The notes below the pieces were generated by a model, which was given only the letters and a program-made list of their open reading frames with translations, was not told the origin of the DNA and did not search any database. Below are positions 20,615-30,349 of a stretch of DNA of 64,000 bases, piece after piece (the first letter of the stretch is position 1; each line of letters begins with the position of its first letter). This stretch comes from an uncultured Nitrososphaeria archaeon. Its GTDB lineage: Archaea; Thermoproteota; Nitrososphaeria_A; Caldarchaeales; Wolframiiraptoraceae. The position numbers and the translations under genes were made by a program. The DNA lies in assembly GCA_964655015.1 (NCBI GenBank), contig CAZZKR010000022.1:6583-70582 (forward strand), read 5' to 3'.

Positions 20615-20763
20615 CTTTACACGCCTAACAACCAGTAGAATATCCCTTTAAGATAAACCTTAGCCCGCTTTACAACATTCAGCCTAATATGGTGAGCGGG
20701 CGCGACTCTGTATATATGCGTTAATGTCTAGCTATAAATAAAAGGAAATGAAAAAATAGACCG

Positions 20764-21888
20764 GTGATGACCGTGGAGGATGGGCAGGACAAAAAACATA
20801 CGTCACATTCATACAAAGTTGATAAAATTAAGGAGAGTGTATTGCAATCTCTGATGCAGCTCGGCGAGAAGATAGTAAATAGTATTGAGGAAGGCGTTTT
20901 TCCAGAAATCCAGCTTCCGTTAAGGTCAACAAGTAATATAATATACGATCCTAATCTAAGACAGTACGTCTTAGGGAATAAGCAGGTTTTAAGGACAACA
21001 AAGAATGTTAAACATCTCAGACCATTCGCCCAGCTAGTCTGGATCAGTAGCTTCGCTAAGAAGCTGATAAAGGCTGGCAAAACTTCCACCCTTAGGGATA
21101 CTTACTACGTTGCTATAGGTGAGGGCATAGATTTCGAAGATCAGAATGAAAGCGACGAAGCAATAATCGAGTTAGAAAGCTTGCTGGGCCATCCTAGAGA
21201 GGACTTTAACATATTCCCAGAAGAAAGGGCATCCATATACGGCGACTTGGTAATAGAGTATACGGTGCCAGGTTTTAGGGGTAAAAGGGTCGACCTCTCA
21301 TCGCACCCGGATGGCTTTGCCATAGGCCCGGCTCTTACGACGGCTGAATTCGTTAAATGCGGTGCCGAAGTTCTTTTCGTTATAGAGAAGGGTGCAGTCT
21401 TCGCAAGGTTCGTGGAGGAAGGAGCTGACAAGAAATATAAGGCTCTCCTCATCCACACGGCTGGCCAATCTCCGAGAAATGCGAGAAAGCTGATTAGGAG
21501 GTTGAACGAGGAACTTAACCTGCCTGTCTACATCTTTGCGGATGCTGACCCGTTCGGTGTCCACATAGCATCAGTACTAATACATGGTTCGGCAATATCG
21601 GCGCACTTACGTGAGTTGAACATCCCAGATGCCATATGGGCTGGTTTGTACGCATCCGACATCATCAAGTATAAACTCCCCTCTATGAAATTTACTGAAC
21701 AGGACGCGAAAAGGTTGGAAGAACTAAAAAGAGACCCGCGATATCAGACCGACCCATGGAAAAGAGAACTGGGCGTGTTTTCAAAAATTGGAAGAAAAGC
21801 AGAGCTTGAGGCCTTTTCCAAGTATGGTCTAGAGTTTATCGTAAAGGAATTCTTACCCGAAAGGTTAGCAGAGCTGACCAAGAGGTAA
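20764..21888 (+). CDS. top6A: DNA topoisomerase VI subunit A (Spo11 homolog)
   Basis: TLRDTYY catalytic Tyr region; TOPRIM motifs (VIEKGAVF, ADADPFGVHI). Confidence 0.9.
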   Translation: MMTVEDGQDKKHTSHSYKVDKIKESVLQSLMQLGEKIVNSIEEGVFPEIQLPLRSTSNIIYDPNLRQYVLGNKQVLRTTKNVKHLRPFAQLVWISSFAKKLIKAGKTSTLRDTYYVAIGEGIDFEDQNESDEAIIELESLLGHPREDFNIFPEERASIYGDLVIEYTVPGFRGKRVDLSSHPDGFAIGPALTTAEFVKCGAEVLFVIEKGAVFARFVEEGADKKYKALLIHTAGQSPRNARKLIRRLNEELNLPVYIFADADPFGVHIASVLIHGSAISAHLRELNIPDAIWAGLYASDIIKYKLPSMKFTEQDAKRLEELKRDPRYQTDPWKRELGVFSKIGRKAELEAFSKYGLEFIVKEFLPERLAELTKR

Positions 21889-21968
21889 TGGGCTTAATCA
21901 CCAATTTTTGAATGGAGAATGGGTTTAATACCTGCGCTATTGCTCTACACTATGATTAGGGGCTGGTT

Positions 21969-22763
21969 TTGTTTAGGATACCAGAAGTACCTGCCCTACT
22001 AATTGAGCGGCCCATTAAGAGTCTCATAGTGTCAGACGTCCACGTAGGCTTCGAGGAAGAACTTCATGAGGTTGGCTTCAGGGTCCCCTCCCAAAGCTGG
22101 AAACTTGTCGAGGAAATCAAGCAATTAATAGAAAAGACTAAGGCCAAAAGACTAATAATCTTAGGCGACCTCAAGCACAAGGTTCCTGGAACCTCTAAGA
22201 TTGAATGGAGGTACTTGTCCAGTATGGTCGAGGAAGTTCGAAGGGTTGTCGAGGAAATCGTACTGGTTCCAGGAAACCACGATGCCGGTATAGGCAAGAT
22301 ACTTGGAAATTCCGTCACTTATGCCCCATCGAGAGGTTTTATAATCGAAGACGGGGAACGTAAGCTCGGCTTATTCCATGGTCATACATGGCCATCACTA
22401 AGTCTCTCTAATGCCGACATACTGGTAATGGGACACATGCATCCTGTCGTCAGACTAAGAGCCGAACTTGGTTATACTATCAGGAAAAGGGTTTGGTTAA
22501 ATCTCGAAACCGAGAGGGCTTCCTTAGTGAGGAGGCTGAAGCACCAACGGAGCTCGAAGGTTCCGAAGGGGCGTCTAAGCCTTTTGGTGATGCCGTCTTT
22601 TAACGACTTCCTTTCGGGCGTTGCTGTGAATGCTGTATCAGAGGGGCGAGAGTTGTTGGGGCCAGTGATGAAATCTGGCTTATTCGACCTGTCTAAGGCC
22701 GAGGTTTACATGCTTGACGGCACGCATCTGGGTAAGGTTTCGGACTTGAGGGAGTTTGCATGA
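21969..22763 (+). CDS. Calcineurin-like metallophosphoesterase (COG1407-type)
   Basis: SDVHVG, GDLKH, GNHD, GHMHP motifs. Confidence 0.75.
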   Translation: MFRIPEVPALLIERPIKSLIVSDVHVGFEEELHEVGFRVPSQSWKLVEEIKQLIEKTKAKRLIILGDLKHKVPGTSKIEWRYLSSMVEEVRRVVEEIVLVPGNHDAGIGKILGNSVTYAPSRGFIIEDGERKLGLFHGHTWPSLSLSNADILVMGHMHPVVRLRAELGYTIRKRVWLNLETERASLVRRLKHQRSSKVPKGRLSLLVMPSFNDFLSGVAVNAVSEGRELLGPVMKSGLFDLSKAEVYMLDGTHLGKVSDLREFA

Positions 22764-23095
22764 AGGATGAGCTGAGTTCTTTAAAGGAAAAATATGGTCC
22801 GATGTACGAAGAGGCAATCAATGCTGTAGAAAAGGGTCTCGTGAAACGTTACGTCTTTAGGCCGAGTGGTAAGATTAGGTGGGTTGTCGTGGGTAGGACT
22901 CAAGATTACCTCATTTTACTTAAAGCAGGCTACTGCACATGCGATGATTTTTATTTCAGGGTATTAAGTCATGAGAAGCCTATGTGCTACCATCTATTGG
23001 CTGCAAAGATAGCTTCGGAGAGTGGAAAATACGAGGAAATATGTGAGGAAGATAAATGGTATCGTAAGCTGCTAAATGAGTGGTTACCAAAATAG
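22760..23095 (+). CDS. SWIM zinc-finger protein
   Basis: CTCDDF...MCYHLLAAK fits the CxC...CxH SWIM pattern. 4-nt overlap with the upstream phosphoesterase gene. Confidence 0.65.
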   Translation: MKDELSSLKEKYGPMYEEAINAVEKGLVKRYVFRPSGKIRWVVVGRTQDYLILLKAGYCTCDDFYFRVLSHEKPMCYHLLAAKIASESGKYEEICEEDKWYRKLLNEWLPK

Positions 23096-23167
23096 GGATA
23101 ACATTTAAGGCGTCGTAGGAGCTGTTCTCAAGACCTTAAAATTCTACCTCATACATCAAACAAAGGG

Positions 23168-23920
23168 ATGCTAAACATAGTTTTCATCGGCACAGCTGGG
23201 TGCGGGAAGACTAGCTTAACATATGCCTTCGGTAAATGGTTAGAGAATGAACTGGATGCAAATACATCTTACGTTAATCTAGATCCCGGAGTCTATATAA
23301 CACCATACAATCCCTCATATGATGTAAGAGAAATAATAACTGTCGATGAGTTGATGAAGCGTGGGCTGGGACCTAACGGAGCGATGGTTAGAGCAGCTGA
23401 AATAATAGAAGAGAAAATCTTCGAAGTATCTAGGAAAATTCACGACCTGCGGTCGGATTTTAAGCTGATAGATACTCCTGGACAAATGGAGCTCTTTTTA
23501 TTTAGACCTATGGGCCCAAGATTCATCGAAGAGATAGCCAAACACTCTCCGACGGTCTCTGTATACATAATTGATCCGGCTCTGGCCTCCACTCTAAGTG
23601 GTTTAGCCACATCACTCTTGCTGCCTATGATAACTAGGCTCAGATTAGGTGTCCCAGTCGTCTCGGTGATAAATAAAGCTGATTTGCCCGAGATCTATAA
23701 AGTTGAAGAATTCTCAAAGAATCTGCATGATCTAGAAAAAGAGATGATATCGGAAGAAAGGGGGTTGATAGTGGACTTGGCATCGAGATTTCTCGAATTG
23801 ATTGAGGAATTCTCTAAAACCATTAGGATAGTTAAGACTTCAGCTAAGACAGGAGAAGGTATGAGCGACCTCTACACACTAATCCATGAAGCTCTATGCG
23901 AGTGCGGCGACTTAATGTAG
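23168..23920 (+). CDS. GPN-loop GTPase
   Basis: P-loop GTAGCGKTS, GPNGAM (GPN loop), DTPGQ, NKAD. Confidence 0.85.
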   Translation: MLNIVFIGTAGCGKTSLTYAFGKWLENELDANTSYVNLDPGVYITPYNPSYDVREIITVDELMKRGLGPNGAMVRAAEIIEEKIFEVSRKIHDLRSDFKLIDTPGQMELFLFRPMGPRFIEEIAKHSPTVSVYIIDPALASTLSGLATSLLLPMITRLRLGVPVVSVINKADLPEIYKVEEFSKNLHDLEKEMISEERGLIVDLASRFLELIEEFSKTIRIVKTSAKTGEGMSDLYTLIHEALCECGDLM

Positions 23921-24046
23921 CATGAATTGCAAAGTTAACTCTCCCTACTCAATTACATTTTAAGAAGAAGATACGCACAAAGAGGATAAGGAAAAATAGT
24001 GGACGTCTTACAAAATTAATATTAAGGGACGTTATACTTCACCTGA

Positions 24047-24160
24047 GCCGGGGTCCCTTAGCCAGGTAGAGGGGCGGCCTCGAGATCTCTACAAGAGGTG
24101 CTGGTCAAGAAAGCCGCTGACCCGGTGAGGGTCGCCTGGGTTCAAATCCCAGCCCCGGCG
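24047..24160 (+). tRNA. tRNA-Ser(CGA) with a 27-nt intron at the canonical 37/38 position
   Basis: Hand fold: acceptor GCCGGGG/CCCCGGC, anticodon stem GCGGC/GCCGC, loop CU-CGA-G[intron]A, long variable arm, T arm CTGGG-TTCAAAT-CCCAG. Confidence 0.85.
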
Positions 24161-24321
24161 CTCTACTTCTTACACTACTTAAACGCTTAAAATTGAAGTT
24201 AGTTGTAAAGTGGCAGAACGTAGATCATAAAATGGACTAAATACCTTAGAGGTCTATGAAAATTTATCTGTAAAGCCTCCGTATGGAAGTATGATAAAAT
24301 TCAAAAATACCGTGAGATATA

Positions 24322-25128
24322 ATGCACGTTATGACAAAGGGCGAACGCTTCAAAGATCATGTTGTCCTCGTTGTTGGCGCGTCCAGCGGGATAGGAAGGG
24401 CTACGGCAGAAGCATTCTCAAGAGAAGGGGCGAAAACCATACTTTCCGCGCGCTCTGCCGATAAACTTGAGTCTATAGCAAAAGCTCTTCGCTCTGAAGG
24501 TTTCGAGGCCTATCCGTTTCCATCGGACGTAAGTATCAGACAGCAGGCTGAGGGGCTTATAGAATGGGTAGTCAAAACTTTTGGAACCTTAGACATACTC
24601 GTAAACAGTGTTGGAGTGTACGACATAAGGAGGGTGACCGAAGCGGACCCGGCCGATATAGAAGAGGTCATGAGGATAAATTTCTTTGGACCAGTTTACT
24701 GCACACTAAGGGCTTTGAGGGAGATGCTGAAGAAGGGAAAAGGTGTCATAGTAAATGTATCCTCAGTTGAGGGCAAGAAGGCCTTGAAGCACCCTCCTGG
24801 CTATGTATGTAGCAAGTTTGCCCTTACAGGCTTTACGGACCTTCTCAGGCAAGAGTTGTACGGGACAGGCATACGTGTCGTGGGCGTCTACCCTGGATAT
24901 GTTAAGACGCCTTTGATAGAGAAACTGAGGCTGCCTGATATTAAAGCAACAAAGCCTATTCCACCAGAACAGGTGGCGGCTGCAATACTCGATGCTGTAG
25001 AAAAAGGTAAGGCCGAGGTCATAATACCTAATCCAATAAGTGTCAAGTTTTTCCTCACACTAAATACTCTATCCCCAAACATCGGCGATTGGTTTGTAAG
25101 AAAGTATAACCTCTCTGGAGAATTTTAG
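24322..25128 (+). CDS. Short-chain dehydrogenase/reductase (SDR)
   Basis: GASSGIG cofactor motif, NSVG, Y..SK catalytic motif (YVCSKFA). Confidence 0.85.
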   Translation: MHVMTKGERFKDHVVLVVGASSGIGRATAEAFSREGAKTILSARSADKLESIAKALRSEGFEAYPFPSDVSIRQQAEGLIEWVVKTFGTLDILVNSVGVYDIRRVTEADPADIEEVMRINFFGPVYCTLRALREMLKKGKGVIVNVSSVEGKKALKHPPGYVCSKFALTGFTDLLRQELYGTGIRVVGVYPGYVKTPLIEKLRLPDIKATKPIPPEQVAAAILDAVEKGKAEVIIPNPISVKFFLTLNTLSPNIGDWFVRKYNLSGEF

Positions 25129-25889
25129 TAATCTAAAACTCTGTAAGTTATCTTAAAACAGTTCCCAATCTGCTCAATCGACTCAATTTTTATATGCCCA
25201 ACTTCGGACGTGTTCTTCACATGAGTCCCGCCACATGGTATCGCGTTTATCCCTTCTATCACTATTATCCTATAAACATCCAAACGAGGTAACCGACCCA
25301 AGTTGGGTGCACCAAAGACTCTCTTGTTTAGTTCATGTGCGCTCACGTATTCTGCAAAGACTGGCTTGCTTGATGTCACAACTTCGTTGGCAACTTCTTC
25401 TATCCTTTTTTCCAAATCACCAGAATATTCACCGAGGTATTCTTGAAAACCGTGCCCTACATCATGCATCGCCGATTGAGATTGAAAAGATCTTCCGCAG
25501 ACTGTTACGACCGCGTAATCGACTATATGGCCAGCAGTGTGCGTCCTCATTATTTTATATCTCCTTTCCCAGTCGAGGGACAGTTTCACATAGTCTCCCT
25601 CTTTAAAATCACCGCCGCTTATTTCTCCATAATGTACGATGACACCATTGTATTCCATGACCTTGCTTACTGTGAAGGTTGTGCCAGCAGACTCTAAGAC
25701 GCCGTGGTCGGATGGTTGGGCTCCAGACTTTGGATGCATTATCGTTTCCCTAACGACAACGTAGCCCTTTCTTCCCGCATCCTTTACCCAACGAAGTACA
25801 TGAGATTCTGCCTCTCTTTTGTAAGAGTCGTCAAGGTAAAGCTTTTTTGTCTCAGGCAGGCCAGCAACGACTTCGGCCAAGCTTACCAT
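25125..25889 (-). CDS. alaX: Alanyl-tRNA editing protein AlaX (AlaX-M type)
   Basis: HTAGH and CGGTH zinc motifs of the AlaRS/ThrRS second additional domain. Confidence 0.85.
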   Translation of the reverse strand: MVSLAEVVAGLPETKKLYLDDSYKREAESHVLRWVKDAGRKGYVVVRETIMHPKSGAQPSDHGVLESAGTTFTVSKVMEYNGVIVHYGEISGGDFKEGDYVKLSLDWERRYKIMRTHTAGHIVDYAVVTVCGRSFQSQSAMHDVGHGFQEYLGEYSGDLEKRIEEVANEVVTSSKPVFAEYVSAHELNKRVFGAPNLGRLPRLDVYRIIVIEGINAIPCGGTHVKNTSEVGHIKIESIEQIGNCFKITYRVLDY

Positions 25890-26003
25890 TCTATGAGACC
25901 TCTAGACGTCTCTGAAACTTCTTAATATTAAAGAGTTGTTGAAGCAAACTTCTCAATATCCGTAATCTTGCTAAACGTTTAATGCGGGTTTGAGGAGGGA
26001 TAT

Positions 26004-26678
26004 TTGAGGAGAATGGTGCGCATCCCTACGGGTCTACCGAAGCTTGATAAAATCATAGGCGGCTACGTAGGTGGCATGCTTCACTTTATCTATGGTGAGG
26101 AGAAAAGCGGTAAAACGAGCCTCGCGCTCTTAGCGGCTGCAAACGCCATTAAACTCGGTGGTAAGGTCTTATGGGTTGATTGTGGGCAAAGAATGCATGT
26201 TGAGAGACTTTTGCAAGTACTCTCCACGAATAGAGCAGATGCCTCTAAACTCATACTCACCCCTGTTAGGAATTTTGACGAGCAAGAGACAACGATCATA
26301 AGCTTGCTTGAAGGTACATCACCCGGTACGAGGTTGATCGTGCTTGACGATTACACATATCTACACAGGATAGCGATGAAAGGTGAAGTGAAAGAGGACG
26401 CGCCAATATTCAAGAGATTGACGTTTCAAACGGCCGCGCTCAAGGAGGTTGCCCTTACAAACCGTATACCAATAATCATAGTGGGTCAGGTCCATGAGGT
26501 ACCTGGGTTGGGTACAAAGCCTGTGGCATCTAGGATAGTCGGATACTGGTCTGACGTCATACTCAGGCTTGAGAACACTCATACGGCTATAAGAATCCTT
26601 AGAGTCGAAAAGGGTGGGCCGTCGTTTGAGCAAAGGTTTAGGATAACAGATGCGGGTGTAGAGGTTTTAGGTTTATAA
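26004..26678 (+). CDS. RadB/KaiC-like RecA-superfamily ATPase
   Basis: TGLPKLDKIIGG, Walker A GEEKSGKTS, Walker B LIVLDD. Confidence 0.65.
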   Translation: MRRMVRIPTGLPKLDKIIGGYVGGMLHFIYGEEKSGKTSLALLAAANAIKLGGKVLWVDCGQRMHVERLLQVLSTNRADASKLILTPVRNFDEQETTIISLLEGTSPGTRLIVLDDYTYLHRIAMKGEVKEDAPIFKRLTFQTAALKEVALTNRIPIIIVGQVHEVPGLGTKPVASRIVGYWSDVILRLENTHTAIRILRVEKGGPSFEQRFRITDAGVEVLGL

Positions 26679-27122
26679 TGCAATTTTTGCCTGCAAAGCC
26701 AGTATTATGCCGACAAATGCTATCAGCAAAAGTATGAAACTAAAAACGTACATGTACTTTACCTTCCTGCTTACAATGCTCTCCTTTCCTGCCATAATGT
26801 AAAGTATAACGCCGATAAAGGCCATAAGATAGTACGTGAACATGACGAACAACTCACCAGATGTCTGCATCATGAACTCGGGAATGAAAATACGTGCTAC
26901 ACCTCCTATAAATATTATTGCCGCGGTCGGGTTCGTGATGCAGTACAGGAGACCACTCATAAAGATTATGACGAGCAGCGCAATAGCTAACGGAAGGCCT
27001 GTCTTGAACTGCCTCGCCGAAATAATTTTGCTAACCGACCCAGCAAGGCGGTTGTAAAGTTCCTCCAGCTTCTTTTCCATTTCACGCGCACCGTTCTTTA
27101 GTGTGATGACTGAACGTTGCAT
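26673..27122 (-). CDS. Hypothetical membrane protein (3-4 TM)
   Basis: Only hydrophobic segments seen; no recognised motif. Confidence 0.4.
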   Translation of the reverse strand: MQRSVITLKNGAREMEKKLEELYNRLAGSVSKIISARQFKTGLPLAIALLVIIFMSGLLYCITNPTAAIIFIGGVARIFIPEFMMQTSGELFVMFTYYLMAFIGVILYIMAGKESIVSRKVKYMYVFSFILLLIAFVGIILALQAKIAL

Positions 27123-27213
27123 ATATTAAGCGATTGCGGTTAGTTTTAAAGATTCCTAAAGCTATATAAAACTCATTAACAAACACTTCTTACAAGTAGC
27201 TTGGTGGTCGGGC

Positions 27214-27378
27214 TTGCTGACAATAGTCTGCGGACACTGTGGTTACGTGCTGTACGAAGGTAACGAATTAAAAACGCTTAATGAAGTGGTTCGGGAATAT
27301 GCCAACACCTGTCCTAACTGTGGAAAGACGCTTAAACCATCAGTCCAGAAAATTAGCATTTTAAAGGGAGAAGGGTGA
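27214..27378 (+). CDS. Unannotated Zn-ribbon micro-protein (about 54 aa; start codon uncertain)
   Basis: Hand translation: (L)LTIVCGHCGYVLYEGNELKTLNEVVREYANTCPNCGKTLKPSVQKISILKGEG*. It has two CxxC pairs. The stop TGA at 27376-27378 overlaps the aglB GTG at 27375. It is below the 60-aa cut-off of the ORF track. Confidence 0.35.
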   Translation: MLTIVCGHCGYVLYEGNELKTLNEVVREYANTCPNCGKTLKPSVQKISILKGEG

Positions 27379-29471
27379 GGTCTATGGAGATTAAAAGCAG
27401 TCTTCGCTCATTTTTTAGATCCAGGCCCGTTGTCCTAGAGATTGCAGCCTTGTTGTCCATCTTAGCTATTGCTTTCACAATCAGGATGTTGCCTATTAGA
27501 TGGGGCACCCTCCTGTCAGAGTTTGACCCATGGATGCAGTTCCGCCAGGCCGAATTCATCGTCGAAAGAGGATGGTCAGGCTTCTCCGAATACTTCTCTT
27601 GGGTAGACATGGAGCGCTGGTATCCCTATGGACAAGTGGTGAGTAGGAGCTTTTACCCAGGACTTCCTTTCGCACTAGCATTCATCTATCTTTCCTTATC
27701 ATCGATAGGTATACACGTCAACCTTTTGGAACTGGCTGTCGTCTTTCCTGTTATAATGTCTATGATAGCGATACTTGCAGTTTATTTCTTAGGTAAAGAG
27801 GTTGGTGGGAGGTCAACCGGCCTATTGGCAGCGTTTGCTTTAGCGATAAGCAATGCATACATAGGCAGAACGCATGCGGGCTGGTTCGACGATGAGAGCA
27901 TTTCCATACCTCTTATGTTACTAAGCTTTCTCATGTATGCATACGCAATCAAGAGGGGGAAGAGCTACAAACACGTGGTTGTATGCTCTGTATTATCCGG
28001 TCTATTCCTAGGATATGTTGCTACATGTTGGGGTGCCCATAGGTTCCCGTTCATGTTTATACCTATAATAACCTTGCTGCTTTCTTTCATAGGGCGGTAC
28101 AGAAAGGAGCTTTTGATAGCTTATTCAATAACCTTTGGGTTATCGTCAACGATAGCCACGTCCGTTCCCAAGTTAGGCGGTGTAAGTTATGTAAATGAGC
28201 TGACCATAATGAGTGGACTGGTCGTCCTCGTGTTACTTGTAGTTTTCGAGCTGTCGAACAATCTCAACAGTAAATTCTTGAGAAGTTTCATACCTAGGAT
28301 TACGACAGTAGCTTTATTAGCATCGCTTGGCATCCTAGCCGTTCTTCCGGGCACGAAGTTCCTTTCAACGATACTGCCAGGCATAAGGGGTGAGTTACCG
28401 ATTCTGATATCCGTTGCGGAGAACCAAATGAGCACCTGGGCAACAATATTCACGGATTTGGGATTCTTCTTGATATTCGTCCCAGTTGGGATTTATTACA
28501 TGTTGAAGGAAGGAACTGACGAGGCAATATTCATCTCTACCCTTACTGTCTTGAGCATATACTTCGCAGCATCCATGGTGAGGTTGTCTGTGCTAGCCGC
28601 ACCATTCGTCGCCATAGCTTCCGGGTATGCAATTAGCAGACTCTTCGAATCTCTCGGGAACGTAATAGCGAGGAGGACCGAAAGGAGGAGGGGCGAAAAG
28701 GTTCCAATAGAATACGCGATTGCGACCCCTATACTCGTTGTGTTACTGTTGGCAATCCCGCTAGCACCTTCTTTCCTTATCGGCAGAAGTTTGCCGAGTC
28801 TATCACCGGTAGACCAAGCATACTTCCCTCCTACAGTGATACAGTCTACGCTACCGGTCGCCGCAAATATACCTGATTGGATAAATGCCTTATCATGGAT
28901 GAGAGACAACCTCCCGGACAATGCAGTCGTTGCAGCATGGTGGGACTATGGTTATTGGATTACCGTGATGGGGAACAAAACCACGCTTGCTGATAACTCG
29001 ACCACGAATAGCACACAGATTGGAGTATTGGCCCTAGCATTCATGTCGCCGCCTGAAAAAGCTGCCCAGATACTGAGGCAGCATGGCGTGACACATGTCT
29101 TAATATTTGTAACGCATGAGGTAAGATCGTACGCCGGTACGTACTTTCCAAGGTTGCTTGGTTATGGTGACGAGGGAAAATGGGTCTGGATGCTGAAGAT
29201 AGCGAATCAAGAGGCACAAAAGCTCGGCATAGAACCATTTAACGAAAATGAGTATTATGACGCAACGAAACCGTTAACCGAGGGCGCCACGGAAAAATTC
29301 TGGAACGATACCTTGCTCGGTCAGCTTATACCCTATAAGCCGCGTACAGAGGGTAACATCATCACGCACTATTACGAAGAGCCTAACGTAAAGGGCTTCA
29401 GACTCATTTACTCGTCAAGCCAACCATACACTAGCTACGCATACGTATATATCTACGAGCTCACGGGTTGA
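27375..29471 (+). CDS. aglB: Archaeal oligosaccharyltransferase AglB (STT3 family)
   Basis: 13-TM-like N-terminal half, WWDYGYW motif, about 700 aa. Confidence 0.9.
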   Translation: MRSMEIKSSLRSFFRSRPVVLEIAALLSILAIAFTIRMLPIRWGTLLSEFDPWMQFRQAEFIVERGWSGFSEYFSWVDMERWYPYGQVVSRSFYPGLPFALAFIYLSLSSIGIHVNLLELAVVFPVIMSMIAILAVYFLGKEVGGRSTGLLAAFALAISNAYIGRTHAGWFDDESISIPLMLLSFLMYAYAIKRGKSYKHVVVCSVLSGLFLGYVATCWGAHRFPFMFIPIITLLLSFIGRYRKELLIAYSITFGLSSTIATSVPKLGGVSYVNELTIMSGLVVLVLLVVFELSNNLNSKFLRSFIPRITTVALLASLGILAVLPGTKFLSTILPGIRGELPILISVAENQMSTWATIFTDLGFFLIFVPVGIYYMLKEGTDEAIFISTLTVLSIYFAASMVRLSVLAAPFVAIASGYAISRLFESLGNVIARRTERRRGEKVPIEYAIATPILVVLLLAIPLAPSFLIGRSLPSLSPVDQAYFPPTVIQSTLPVAANIPDWINALSWMRDNLPDNAVVAAWWDYGYWITVMGNKTTLADNSTTNSTQIGVLALAFMSPPEKAAQILRQHGVTHVLIFVTHEVRSYAGTYFPRLLGYGDEGKWVWMLKIANQEAQKLGIEPFNENEYYDATKPLTEGATEKFWNDTLLGQLIPYKPRTEGNIITHYYEEPNVKGFRLIYSSSQPYTSYAYVYIYELTG

Positions 29472-29518
29472 GAAGAAAATTTTATTATCGAATATGTGTG
29501 TCTTTATAATGCTCTGGG

Positions 29519-30349
29519 TTGACATCAAAGAAGACGGAGGCTTCTAAAAAGAAAGTAAAGGGTCGTTTTTTGGTCAGGTTAATCTTTGGACTATTCGTAG
29601 TGTTTGCCGTATGGTTAGTGTCCGGCATAGTAGCGGCGACTGCGGGAATTCCGAACTTCGCGGCAAAAGAGGCCGGCCTTGATTGTCTTTGTAGTCCTGA
29701 GCTTGTTAATCTTCTGGGATATTATGCTAAATTTGGAATGTTAGAGATTAACCTAAGTTTTCTGGTTCCAACACTGATTTTGGGGGTGTTGCTTCTGCTA
29801 ATCTACGCCTATAAAAAGGATATTTTTCAAATCAAACCGAAACAAACCGTGACAATATCGTTGATGGTTTCGTTCATCGGTATAGTGGGTGTGTTAGCGA
29901 CGGCATACGTTGGTGGGGTGTTAGGGCCTGCTACTCAGCCACATCTTCATGCGAAGTTTGAACTTTTGAATGGTGAGGTTGTAACCTTATCGGATTTTAA
30001 GGGTAAGCCCTTGCTGTTGGAGCTCATGTCGCCTTGGTGTAAGTACTGCGGCATGCAGGCTTATGAGTTAAAGAAAATCGTGGAAAAATATCATGATAAC
30101 GTTACCGTACTCTCTGTTTGTATAGTGCATGGGGCTACGGTTGAGGATGTTGCCTTGTTCAACGAGGCTCACGGTGTTTCCTGGCTAACGGGAATAGACA
30201 CTACGGGCAGTCTTCTGAATGCTTTTGGAGCAACTGGGGTGCCGTACCTGGTGTTGCTGGATAAAGACGGAAACATAGTCATGAGATTCAAAGGGTTAAT
30301 GAGTGCAGAAATGATTGAAGCATACATCGACGAGCTTATTAGTCAGTGA
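29519..30349 (+). CDS. Membrane-anchored thioredoxin-fold thiol:disulfide oxidoreductase (TlpA/redoxin-like)
   Basis: N-terminal TM helices followed by a thioredoxin fold with WCKYC active site and a GVPYLVLLD strand. Confidence 0.7.
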   Translation: MTSKKTEASKKKVKGRFLVRLIFGLFVVFAVWLVSGIVAATAGIPNFAAKEAGLDCLCSPELVNLLGYYAKFGMLEINLSFLVPTLILGVLLLLIYAYKKDIFQIKPKQTVTISLMVSFIGIVGVLATAYVGGVLGPATQPHLHAKFELLNGEVVTLSDFKGKPLLLELMSPWCKYCGMQAYELKKIVEKYHDNVTVLSVCIVHGATVEDVALFNEAHGVSWLTGIDTTGSLLNAFGATGVPYLVLLDKDGNIVMRFKGLMSAEMIEAYIDELISQ

